Below are positions 27,155 to 40,900 of a DNA stretch of 64,000 nt, in pieces (the stretch's first letter is position 1; every line of letters starts with the position of its first letter). The notes below the pieces were generated by a model. That model saw only the letters and a program-made list of their open reading frames with translations, had not been told where the DNA came from and searched no databases. The DNA lies in the NCBI GenBank assembly GCA_950097015.1, contig CATNEN010000033.1:1674001-1738000 (forward strand), given 5' to 3'. Source of the DNA: Macrostomum hystrix. Lineage: Eukaryota > Animalia > Platyhelminthes. The position numbers and the translations under genes were made by a program.

Positions 27155-27905
27155 AAATTTCCCTATTCCGAAGTTTCCATATTCCGAAGTTTCCCTATTC
27201 CGAAGTTTCCTTATCTTGAAGTTTCCCTATTCCGAAGTTTCCCTATTCCGAAGTTTCCCTATTCCGAAGTTTCCCTATCCTGAAGTTTCCCTATTCCGAA
27301 GTTTCCCTATTCCAAAGTTTCCCTATTCCAAAGTTTCCCTATTCCAAAGTTTCCCTATTCCAAAGTTTCCCTTTTCCGAAGTTTCCCTATTCCGAAGTTT
27401 CCCTATTCCGACGTTTCCCTGTCCTGAAGTTTCCCTATTCCGAAGTTCCCCTATTCCGAAGTTTCCCTATTCCGAAGTTTCCCTATTCCGAAGTTTCCTT
27501 ATCTTGAAGTTTCCCTATTCCGAAGTTTCCCTATTCCGAAGTTTCCCTATTCCAAAGTTTCCCTATTCCAAAGTTTCCCTTTTCCGAAGTTTCCCTATTC
27601 CGAAGTTTCCCTATTCCGAAGTTTCCCTATTCCGAAGCTTCCCTATTCCGAAGTTCCCCTATTCCGAAATTTCCCTATCTTGAAGTTCCCCTATTCCGAA
27701 ATTTCCCTATCTTGAAGTTTCCCTATCCTGAAGTTTCCCTATTCCGAAGTTTCCCTGTCCTGAAGTTCCCCTATTCCGAAATTTCCCTATCTTGAAGTCC
27801 CCCTGTGCATGTCCTGCAGTTTCCCCGTCCTGAAGTCTCCCTGTCCTGAAGTTTCCGTCCTGAAGTTTCCCTGTCCTGAAGTTTCCCTGTCCTGAAGTTT
27901 CCTAG
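27155..27905. repeat. 16-bp minisatellite, ~45 copies
   Basis: Unit GAAGTTTCCCTATTCC. Confidence 0.95.
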
Positions 27906-27980
27906 TCCTCGAAATTAATTACCTGTCTTAAAACTCAGGTTTGTCCTATTTCCCTATATAGGTAGCTGTATAGGCTGCTA

Positions 27981-28222
27981 GGGGGTTTTAGCTTAGTGCT
28001 TAGGGCTCGCGACTTGAAGGTCGGGGGTTCGGTTCCTGACTCCACTGGAACAATTTGTGTCCTTTAGCAAGACACTTAAATTTAGTTCAGTTCAGCTGAG
28101 TTCATCCAGCTGTTAAATTGGTACCAGCATCAGCTGGGGTAATTGAGGGTGGGTGTGGCGTCCCCCCAGTCCATGGACTGAACAGCTGAATGCAGCCTTC
28201 AGATGCACGGCGCAATAGCTGG
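27981..28222 (+). mobile_element. tRNA-derived SINE with CORE-like central domain (copy 1)
   Basis: A-box-like GCTTAGTG; B-box-like GGTTCGGTTCC (28026-28036); GTGTCCTTTAGCAAGACACTTA...TTCATCCAGCTGTTAAATTGGTACC; homologous to 45961-46225. Confidence 0.7.
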
Positions 28223-28559
28223 TGAAATTGGTTGGTGTACTTTTATAATTAGAAACGCAAATCAACGATTTCCAAGTGTTCGCAACGAGCTCTGAGTGAT
28301 TTGATCAATGGCCAGGGCAGTCAGAGCTGGACAATATTGCCCGACTAAATTTCACCGGTACGGTGGAAACTTCCAAAGCCTTTTCCGCTAAACAGGTCGG
28401 CTCTGCCTGGTTACTGCACGAAGTGTTATCTGTGACACACGCCACAGCCTTGGCTTGGCGCAGTGCAATTGTTGCCTGTCAGATCCAAATATCTGCACGT
28501 TAAAGTGTTACCCTTCCTAGCTTATTGCCTGTATTGGCTTGTTTATTTAGCTCGTTACA

Positions 28560-29152
28560 TTTCCTAGAAGTTCTGTGGCTCATTATTGCCATTCCTAGAA
28601 GTTCTGTGGCTCATTATTACCATTCCTAGAAGTTCTGTGGCTCATTATTACCATTCCTAGAAGTTCTGTGGCTCATTATTGCCATTCCTAGAAGTTATGT
28701 GGCTCATTATTACCATTCCTAGAAGTTCTGTGGCTCATTATTACCATTCCTAGAAGTTCTGTGGCTCATTATTGCCATTCCTAGAAGTTCTGTGGCTCAT
28801 TATTACCATTCCTAGAAGTTCTGTGGCTCATTATTACCATTCCTAGCAGTTCTGTAGCTCATTATTACCATTACTAGAAGTTCTGTGGCTCATTATTATC
28901 ATTCCTAGAAGTTCTGTGGCTCATTATTACCATTCCTAGAAGTTCTGTGGCTCATTATTACCATTCCAGAAGTTATGTGGCTCATTATTACCATTCCTAG
29001 AAGTTCTGTGGCTCATTATTACCATTCCAGAAGTTATGTGGCTCATTATTACCATTCCTAGAAGTTCTGTGGCTCATTATTACCATTCCAGAAGTTATGT
29101 GGCTCATTATTACCATTCCAGAAGTTATGTGGCTCATTATTACCATTCCAAG
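28560..29152. repeat. 31-bp minisatellite, ~19 copies
   Basis: Unit CCATTCCTAGAAGTTCTGTGGCTCATTATTA. Confidence 0.95.
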
Positions 29153-29747
29153 AGTTTCAGTAGCTCAACAAACTATAGGGTATATATTTTATATATAACT
29201 ATATAACAGTATATTTATATTTTTTAACAGTCTTTCAAGTTACCTAAGGTGAGTATCGATGCCAAATTGCAGTTTAAATATTTTGTTAAGGCTATAAATT
29301 AACAAAGAATAACTAAGTTAAACTTGGCAGATTTTACATGTCAGCCGTTTGTCGATAGGCAAGCCAAATTGCCAGGGAAAACACAATCGACTGGCTTAGC
29401 AGATAAATATAATTTCTTATAAAAATGGATTTAAAAATTGAACTGCAAGCATGACATCTGAACTTTACGATGACAGTTATGCGATATAAAAATCCTGCCA
29501 TGTTGAATCAATTGTCATGTGATATTTGTTCAGCTGCACAGAGTGACTAGAAACAATACAAGCAAGCGGCTGTTGTGGCGACTGAAGATAAATAATTTTG
29601 TACAAATCGAATTTTACAAAGGCCTAAATTGACACGAATACCAAGTAGCCAAAAATTCTCTAGTCAAAACTCTAGCTTCTAGGAGAGAGAATTCATTGCA
29701 GCAGAAACGGGATGGTCTTGGGGAGATTGCCTTCATCCACAGATTAA

Positions 29748-30500
29748 TTACTGTGGAGTAAAGGGATTTGGGATCAGGGACTGTGGAATGAAAGGATTTT
29801 GGATCAGGGACTGCGGAGTAAAGGGATTTGGGATCAGGGACTGTGGAGTGAAAGGATTAGGGATCAGGGACTGTGGAGTGAAAGGATTAGGGATCAGGGA
29901 CTGTGGAATGAAAGGATTTTGGATCAGGGACTGCGGAGTAAAGGGATTTGGGATCAGGGACTGTGGAGTGAAAGGATTAGGGATCAGGGACTGTGGAGTG
30001 AAAGGATTAGGGATCAGGGACTGTGGAGTGAAAGGATTAGGGATCAGGGACTTTGGAGTGAAAGGATTAGGGATCAGGGACTGTGGAGTGAAAGGATTAG
30101 GGATCAGGGACTGTGGAGTGAAAGGATTAGGGATCAGGGACTGTGGAGTGAAAGGATTAGGGATCAGGGACTGTGGAGTGAAAGGATTAGGGATCAGGGA
30201 CTGTGGAGTGAAAGGATTAGGGATCAGGGACTGTGGAGTGAAAGGATTAGGGATCAGGGACTGTGGAGTGAAAGGATTAGGGATCAGGGACTGTGGAATG
30301 AAAGGATTAGTGATCAGGGACTGTGGAATGAAAGGATTAGGGATCAGGGACTGTGGAATGAAAGGATTAGGGATCAGGGACTGTGGAGTGAAAGGATTTG
30401 GGACCACGAAAAATGGAGTGAAAGGATTCGGGATCAGGGACTGTGGAATGAAAGGATTTGGGATCAGGGACTGTGGAGTGAAAGGATTCGGGATCAGGAT
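29748..30500. repeat. 30-bp minisatellite, ~25 copies
   Basis: Unit GGATTAGGGATCAGGGACTGTGGAGTGAAA. Confidence 0.95.
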
Positions 30501-30925
30501 CTGCAGTGAATATCACAATATTTGGCAGATCCCATTCGTGCTGCAAGCATTAAAGGCGTCGGGAATCCCATCTAGAAAATTAACATCTACAAAAGGCAAC
30601 AAAAAAGAGTTGTGGTGAGTACACCAGAAGCAGAAACTTACATAGGCCGGGTTGAGCAAAAGCGACACACTGTGCGAGATAAAAACATGGCGTGGCGACT
30701 AATTCACGAGAAACAGCAAGGCATTGCCATCAGTGCAATGCAAGGTCCGAAAAAACTCGAAAATTGACAATAAAACTAATACAATAGATCAGTAAACACA
30801 ATAAAACATCTAATTGCGTTTTAGAAGGCAAGCAAAATGATCAGTTAACAAGAAAATATTTTAAGAAAATAGAAACAGAAAATATATAATTGTAAAAAAA
30901 AATAAATGACATTCTGTCTAGCCAT

Positions 30926-31186
30926 ATGCGAGATCCCATCACTCAGGTGCGAGATTCCCATTACTCAGGTGCGAGATCCCATCACTCAGGTGCGAGATCC
31001 CATCACTCAGGTGCGAGATCCCATCACTCAGGTGCGAGGTCCCATCACTCAGGTGCGAGATCCCATCACTCCGGTGCGAGATCCCATCACTCAGGTGCAA
31101 GATCCCATCACTCAGGTGCAAGATCCCATCACTCAGGTGCAAGATCCCATCACTCAGGTGCGAGATCACATCACTCGGGTGCGAGA
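30926..31186. repeat. 21-bp minisatellite, ~12 copies
   Basis: Unit GTGCGAGATCCCATCACTCAG. Confidence 0.93.
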
Positions 31187-31362
31187 TTGAGATTTAATCT
31201 TTCACATGCAACATCAGGATTACATGATCTAGACTTGGGATCCCAGAAGCGACATCAGAAGATCAGAATCTACAGCATTTCCCAAAAAAGCATGCGCGTT
31301 GAGGATAAGGAATTATTAGCGCAAAAAGCCTGAACAAGCAGGCTGCTTTCGGTGAGCGCGAA

Positions 31363-31926
31363 CTAAAGCGCGGTCCTCTCTGGCTGCATGCATGACGCGT
31401 ACGAAGGCGGCGAGGTGGTCGAGTTCTCGTCCAGCCAGGGCGGCGTGGCCTCGCCCCGGCTGGCCACGGCGGCCGCAGCAGCCGCCGCCGACGCGGAAGT
31501 CGCAGAGGCTGCGGCGGCGGCTGCGGCAGCTGAAGCGGAAGAGAATGACGAGGCTGGGCCAGAAGCCTTCGGCGCCTCGGCTGGATAGTCGTCATCTCCA
31601 GCTGCTGCTTCAGCCGCCACAGTGGCCGCCGCCGCCGAAGGCACAAGTCGGCAAGAGCTTGGCGAAGAGGCTTCGGAAGACTGGCAGCAGCAGCAGCAGC
31701 AGCAGCAAGTAAGGGAGAGGCAGCGAGGCCGCTGACTACGGCGCATTAGGCTGTCCAAGGCCAGCAGCAGAAGCACCAGCAGACCTGTGCCCAGCACCAC
31801 AACAAACAGCTGGGTCTGGGATAACTCAGTGACAGTGGCAGCTGAGGGCGTGGGACTCGATGAGCATGGATTGTTGCTGCTGCTCGGCTCACCAGCTGCC
31901 GTGCAGTTGGCCGGGCCTGGTGGCTG
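31363..31926 (-). CDS. Candidate terminal exon of a single-pass membrane protein
   Basis: Frame is open upstream of the listed GTG: S/T/P-rich stalk with NCT sequon, TM LFVVVLGTGLLVLLLLAL, RR, Cys8 run, Ala-rich tail, PPSY; possible acceptor CCCCTCAG near 31927. Upstream exons not identified. Confidence 0.4.
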   Translation of the reverse strand, partial: QPPGPANCTAAGEPSSSNNPCSSSPTPSAATVTELSQTQLFVVVLGTGLLVLLLLALDSLMRRSQRPRCLSLTCCCCCCCCQSSEASSPSSCRLVPSAAAATVAAEAAAGDDDYPAEAPKASGPASSFSSASAAAAAAAASATSASAAAAAAAVASRGEATPPWLDENSTTSPPSYASCMQPERTAL

Positions 31927-33777
31927 AGGGGTTCCAATAATTTTTTTTTTGTTGGCAATACTTCACTTGACAATGTGAATTATTGGAAATGTGTTCCCTT
32001 ATAAAACCAGAAGGGAAAATGTAATGCCATAAATCTATCAGTAATATGTGCTAAGCTAATACTCATAATACAAACAAAAATGGCAACAATATTTTAACAA
32101 AGGTTAGCCCCATTTTTGCCAATCTATGCAAATCTAAGAAAAAATATAGTTCTGAAACTTCTCATAGTTTAAAACACAATAGAACATAACTGACATTCAG
32201 ACAATTAACCAAGTCTGGTACATGATAAGAAATTAGTTTTATAATGTGAAGTTGCAACATACTCTATCCTAATCTAGACTAGTAAACCAAAAGCTAGCAG
32301 GCTTGTGAAACATTGCAAACTATAGGACAAGAATTTCTTATTAAAAAGATAATGCAAATAAAGTGCCAAATAGAAGATGGAAATTAGTTCTATTTATTCA
32401 AATTAAATATGAAACAAGATGAAACTAATACCAAACTCTAGATAAGTAGATTATAGCCCAATTGGGATATCTATAGGTTAATCTATCATCAACCAAACAA
32501 GAATGTGTATTTTTTAACTTCAAAGCTAAGCTACAGATTTTCTATTTAAGATATGATGATAAATCAAAAGCCAAGTTATCAAAAACAGTTCATCTTTCTA
32601 AAAAGTATCTGTTCTTGGTATTTTATCAAATAGAAAAACAGTTATTCCTGCTTTTTATCTAAAACCGAACAATGATTTTCATGTATCTTCAAACCAAACA
32701 GAGAATTTGATGTTTGGTTTTACAATTTGAGTGAGTGGTTTAATCTTATTTTAAGGAGTGAACTATCATGAATTATGTCATTTGAAAGCATTTTTCATGC
32801 TCTATAAATAACTACATTTATGGTCATTTAATTGGCAAGCAACCACATACAATCTTTGTCTAAAGTACATACTGAAAAAATGTTGTTAAAAAGTATGCTT
32901 TTGCAATAAAAATTTCTATTGAAACATTAATATCTTTCTTTCCTCTTAATGCTTCATTGCACATCATGCCTTAGCTTGTAGATAATTTCTTCAACTTTCA
33001 AATTAGTTGTTCTGTGAAACATAATAGCTTGTTTCTGTCTTGCACGAGACCAAGGAAGAAGTCAAAATTCTTGTTCGGTTTGAAGATACACTGTTCAGGT
33101 TGATGATACTTACCCTAACCAAAGAATGCCTAGGTAGCCTGGCATCAATGAATAAGTACACCATTTACTCAATGCTTAAACATATATACATATCTATTCT
33201 TTTTTGAAATACCATGCTTCTTGTATTTCTTTAATTGTATGTTTCTTTAAATTTACAACAAAAATACTCTTACAATAATATAGCTTTGACTTTCACAACA
33301 ATTAAAAAGTATTCAATTCAAATTAAAATTTTTAATTAAAAAAGTATAGGAGACTGACCAACAATTCTTTAGATTCAAAAATAAAATAATCAGCACCACT
33401 TGATAGCATGTGCAATTAATAACAAGAAAATGAATACCACCACAAATATATAGGCCCTATAAGGTACTTTGAAAAGGCCGAAATATAAACAGAAACCTAA
33501 GTTTAAAAAGTTTTACTGGTTAAATGGTTTTTATATTTGCAAACATAGGTGCTTCCACACAACACTATTAAGTATGCTGATTGATAAAATTACTAGGTCT
33601 GTTAAAAATATATTCTAAGCCTGTATAGGCCTACTCTAAAACTTCCTAAAAGCTTCCTAAAAGTAGGGCTTGTATTAAAAAGTTTTTTAATGTACGTTAA
33701 ATTTTTTTTATTAAATGCAGCGCTACAAAGCTCAAATACTAGCGCAATGAGTATTTTGCTTAATAAGGAAACTAACT

Positions 33778-33842
33778 GAGCCCTGGGATGAGATTCGAAC
33801 TCCCGACCTTTCAGTCCGAGTCTGAAGCTTTAACAAAGGCTG
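33778..33842 (-). mobile_element. tRNA-like SINE head fragment
   Basis: Reverse reads GTTAAAGC...GACTCGGACTGAAAGGTCGGGAGTTCGAATCTC (B box); no complete cloverleaf. Confidence 0.45.
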
Positions 33843-34537
33843 CAAGAATAAAACTTCTGAATTGATTACCGTAATAATGATGAAGCTTGTCTACGGTAAA
33901 GTGATAATAACAATATCGGAATTCTAAAATAATACTTATATGGACCAATGCGTAGGCTCTCGTCGATGACCATGGTCAGAAAAGTCAATAGGAACAGTCA
34001 ATGGGAATATAGGCCTACAGCCAGCCGAATCGCTGGCGGTGCTATATTACATTTACCGCTCACTAAATTATAAATAAAGAGCGCATGGATAGGCGTATTT
34101 TTGTTAATTGCTGAAAAAGCACAGAAACAAATTTCAAAGGAAAATCGGAATTCTTATAAAAATTGTTCTCTTAGGGCCTAGTTGCTCACTTTACCATGTA
34201 AGAAATGGTCAGGGGACCCAGCCGAGCTAGGTGGTAATAGTTACGGAGTAGTTTGTGTACACGACTAAAATGTTGTAACAAAAGACCTTTGCTTATGTTT
34301 CTAATTAGACCTAGAAGGAAAATAGCACAGTAGATATAGCTAATTTACTGATTTTACGCTGCTGGAAATTTTCTTAGGCACTCGAACTTATTTTTCCATG
34401 AACATTTCCTGACCTAATTTTTTTGTATATATACGCATACATTGACATGAGGGCCTTTGTCTTCTCGCTCTTTCAAGCCTTCATTGTGCTAACTGCCGAA
34501 GTTCTTTTCTTTCTTTTTATCGAGTCCATTTAACGAG

Positions 34538-36186
<1,649 letters not shown>

Positions 36187-36999
36187 GCAGCCGAGGCGCT
36201 GGTCCGATTGATTGATTGTGGGGCGCACTGACGAAACTAATTAAACCGAGTGCAAGATATGACAATTCACTGCAAACACAGCCATTTCACCGAATCTAAC
36301 CAGAATGAAGACTAACTTACAGACTCATTCCAGCTGCTTTTCCCCGCCCCACTCATTAAACTTATAATCGCTTCTCATGCGTGGTGTTGCGTAATGTTTC
36401 TTTTAAGTACAGTTATTAGTTCACTATTTTATATTACGCCCTGGTCGTGCCCTTAAAACTGAGCACTAATTATTCTTCTCAATAGATGATAGTAAAACTC
36501 TCGAGTCGTTGCTGTTCTGCCCACGATGTTCTCGCTTGATTGCAGTTCTATTCGAACCAACTGATAAACTTTTTCAACTATGAGCTAAAATACATTTTTG
36601 GCGATGGATTAATTTTAGGGAACAGTCAGTTTCCCAGACAAAACCACAACTGCATTCATTTCTAATTTTATTACAAAACCCACAATAGTCAGTCTGACGA
36701 CTCGTAAATCCACTTAAAATCATAAATATACAAGCTGTCAAAATGATAGATTGTCACAAAGAAAGGTCGAGTCTAAGGAATGTAAGGCTAGGATTAATTG
36801 AACTATAAGAATAATTACAAGCAGCAAGCAGTATGTATTTTATAAGTGACAATGTATCATAAATTTAACGCCCGAGTCGCAGAGAGACAAAATGCTAGAC
36901 AAATCAATACGACATGCAAAGCCACGATTGAAAGCACACGAAACTGTTACTAGCATTTGCGTAAAGAATGATAGAAACGTAATTAACATTGAAAGCTTT

Positions 37000-37772
37000 C
37001 AAGCATCAGTTGAGTGTAGGGGTGAACCACCAAAGCATCAGTTGGAGTGTAGGGGTGAACCACCAAAGCATCAGTTGGAGTGTAGGGGTGAGCCACCAAA
37101 GCATTAGTTGGAGTGTAGGGGTGAGCCACCAAAGCATCAGTTGGAGTGTAGGGGTGAGCCACCAAAGCATCAGTTGGAGTGTAGGGGTGAACCACCAAAG
37201 CATTAGTTGAGTGTAGGGGTGAACAACCAAAGCATTAGTTGAGTGTAGGGGTGAACCACCAAAGCATCAGTTGGAGTGTAGGGGTGAACCACCAAAGCAT
37301 TAGTTGAGTGTAGGGGTGATCCACCAAAGCATCAGTTGGAGTGTAGGGGTGAACCACCAAAGCATTAGTTGAGTGTAGGGGTGAACCACAAAAGCATCAG
37401 TTGGAGTGTAGGGGTGAACCACCAAAGCATTAGTTGAGTGTAGGGGTGAACCACAAAAGCATCAGTTGGAGTGTAGGGGTGAACCACCAAAGCATTAGTT
37501 GAGTGTAGGGGTGAACCACAAAAGCATCAGTTGGAGTGTAGGGGTGAACCACCAAAGCATTAGTTGAGTGTAGGGGTGAACCACAAAAGCATCAGTTGGA
37601 GTGTAGGGGTGAACCACCAAAGCATTAGTTGAGTGTAGGGGTGAACCACAAAAGCATCAGTTGGAGTGTAGGGGTGAACCACCAAAGCATTAGTTGAGTG
37701 TAGGGGTGAACCACCAAAGCATTAGTTGAGTGTAGGGGTGAACCACCAAAGCATCAATCGGAGTGTAGGGGT
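37000..37772. repeat. 32/33-bp minisatellite, ~24 copies, alternating variants (65-bp higher order)
   Basis: GTGTAGGGGTGAACCACCAAAGCATCAGTTGGA / ...CATTAGTTGA. Confidence 0.95.
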
Positions 37773-37948
37773 GATTTACCTAGTATCTGTGGGAGGGCAC
37801 TTTAAAATTTGGAAAGCGAGGTTTGAAAAGCAAATTCGTTTCAAATGCTTAGTAGGCCTATATAGAAATGCTATTTTGCTAAACTCTAGAGATAAGTTAT
37901 CTGAGACTATCGCGTGGTGAAGCCGGGGTTCTCTGGCAGCGAGCAAGC

Positions 37949-40900
37949 CTAGCAGTTTCTTCCACCGCCGGAGGACCCAACAAAGCCGCTGACCACTCCA
38001 GTAGTCAGTTTTCTTAACGATGTGGGAATCACCACCGGGGTGGGTGTAGCAAGCTGATTGGCTCCTTGGTTCAAAGAGGTGGCCAATGCCACGGGTGGTG
38101 CGGGCGGCTGCTGCGCTGGCGGATTTACCGAGTGGACAAACTGAACCCGAGAAGTGCTGATCCCGCCGCTGCCACCGCCGCCAGTGAGGACAACTCGAGT
38201 GAAGGGTCGCAGCTTCTGGTGCTGGGTGGCGGCCAACAGTTCGCTGAATGTGGCGGCGCTGACCGCGGCGGGTTGGTCCAGCACAATGCGCTTACAAGGC
38301 GGCTGCTGATGCTGCGAGGCCTCCGCGGCGTTTGCCGGCCGTTTCGGGGAAATTCGACGCGGCTGTCCGGCAGGTCGGCGAGTTGGCCCGGCGGCTTCGG
38401 ATGCTGCGGCAGCGGCGGCGCTGGCATTTTCTGCGGCTACGGCGTGCCGACAAGGCGGCCGCGGCAGCATCATGAGGCTGAGGCGGACAGGAATGCGGGG
38501 CAGCTTCGGTACCAGAGGCCGGAGGTCGCTGCTGCTGTGGGGCTCCTGTTGATGTTGCACAGCGGAGGCTGGCAGAAGAGTCGCTGGTTGGTGCAAAGCA
38601 GCGCTGGCGGCAGGGGCAGTCGACTTTGACGAGGACGGAGGACAAGCGGAGGTTGCCGTGTCGACAGATGATGCTGCTGCCGCTGCGGCGGCCACCTGCT
38701 GGCGAGAGCGCACCGCCTTCACCAGATCAGCAAGGGCGGCTGGGGAAGCCACCACCTGTTAGGGATGTCAGGAGAACACTGATTTACTAGAGGTAGGGAA
38801 GTTAAAACTCTAGGCATCCTCTGCCTATCCACCAGCTCACCTTAGCAACTGTGCTGTCCCCGTTCGGCGGAAAACTGAGCGTTACGCTTGGCGTGGAGCC
38901 ATGATGATGCAGCGACACCGGCGCTGCCATGCTGACCGAGGCTGCGCAGGTGGCTCCTGCGGCGGTTGGGGCAGACGATGAAGGTGCTGAGGCTGCCAGG
39001 CTGCCAACGCCGGACAGCTGGGCAGCGAAGTCCAGCGGGTCTCTGGCAGGATAGAGGGTCAGAATGCAAAAATCAGGGCAGGTTGCATGAGGGTATCAGG
39101 GCAGGTTGCATGAGGGCATCAGGGCAGGTTGCATGAGGGAATCAGGGCAGTTTGCATGAGGGCATCAGGGCAGGTTGCATGAGGGCATCAGGGCAGGTTA
39201 CATGAGGGCATCAGGGCAGGTTGCATGAGGGCATCAGGGCAGGTTGCATGAGGGCATCAGGGCAGGTTGCATGAGGGCATCAGGGCAGGTTGCATGAGGG
39301 CATCAGGGCAGGTTGCATGAAGGAATCAGGGCAGGTTGCATGAGGGAATCAGGGCAGGTTGCATGAGGGTATCAGGGCAGTTTGCTTGAGGGTATAAGGG
39401 CAGTTTGCTTGAGGGTATAAGGGCAGTTAGCATGAGGGCATCAGGGCAGGTTGCATGAGGGCATCAGAGCAGGTTGCATGAGGGTATCAGGGCAGGTTGC
39501 ATGAGGGAATCAGGGCAGGTTGCATGAGGGTATCAGGGCAGTTTGCTTGAGGGTATAAGGGCAGTTAGCATGAGGGCATCAGGGCAGGTTGCATGAGGGC
39601 ATCAGAGCAGGTTGCATGAGGGTATCAGGGCAGGTTGCATGAGGGCATCAGGGCAGGTTGCATGAGGGTATCAGGGCAGGTTGCATGAGGGCATCAGGGC
39701 AGGTTGCATGAGGGCATCAGGGCAGGTTGCATGAGGGTATCAGGGCAGGTTGCATGAGGGTATCAGGGCAGGTTGCATGAGGGCATCAGGGCAGGTTGCA
39801 TGAGGGCATCAGGGCAGGTTGCATGAGGGTATCAGGGCAGTTAGCATGAGGGTATCAGGGCAGGTTGCATGAGGGTATCAGGGCAGTTTGCATGAGGGTA
39901 TCAGGGCAGGTAGCATGAGGGCATCAGGGCAGGTTGCATGAGGGTATCAGGGCAGTTTGCATGAGGGTATCAGGGCAGGTTGCATGAGGGTATCAGGGCA
40001 GGTTGCATGAGGGTATCAGGGCAGGTTGCATGAGGGCATCAGGGCAGGTTGCATGAGGGTATCAGGGCAGTTTGCATGAGGGTATCAGGGCAGGTTGCAT
40101 GAGGGTATCAGGGCAGTTTGCATGAGGGTATCAGGGCAGTTTGCATGAGGGTATCAGGGCAGTTTGCATGAGGGTATCAGGGCAGTTTGCATGAGGGCAT
40201 CAGGGCAGGTTGCATGAGGGCATCAGGGCAGGTAGCATGAGGGTATCAGGGCAGGTAGCATGAGGGCATCAGGGCAGGTTGCTTGAGGGCATCAGGGCAG
40301 GTTGCATGAGGGTATCAGGGCAGGTTGCATGAGGGTATCAGGGCAGGTAGCATGAGGGTATCAGGGCAGGTAGCATGAGGGTATCAGGGCAGGTAGCATG
40401 AGGGCATCAGGACAGGTTGCTTGAGGGCATCAGGGCAGGTTGCATGAGGGTATCAGGGCAGGTTGCATGAGGTTATCAGGGCAGTTTGCATGAGGGTATC
40501 AGGGCAGTTTGCATGAGGGCATCAGGGCAGGTAGCATGAGGGTATCAGGGCAGGTAGCATGAGGGCATCAGGGCAGGTTGCTTGAGGGCATCAGGGCAGG
40601 TTGCATGAGGGTATCAGGGCAGGTTGCATGAGGTTATCAGGGCAGTTTGCATGAGGGTATCAGGGCAGTTTGCATGAGGGCATCAGGGCAGGTAGCATGA
40701 GGGTATCAGGGCAGGTAGCATGAGGGCATCAGGGCAGGTAGCATGAGGGCATCAGGGCAGGTTGCTTGAGGGCATCAGGGCAGGTTGCATGAGGGTATCA
40801 GGGCAGGTTGCATGAGGGTATCAGGGCAGTTTGCTTGAGGGTATCAGGGAAAGTTGCATGAGGGTTTTACGGACAGCAGCCCCAGCGCTCCGCCTATAGG

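Noticed and set aside
29748-30500. Interstitial telomeric repeat
   Set aside because: Only one TTAGGG per 30-bp unit, never tandem
33778-33842. tRNA gene
   Set aside because: B box is present but I could not fold acceptor and D stems; better explained as a SINE head
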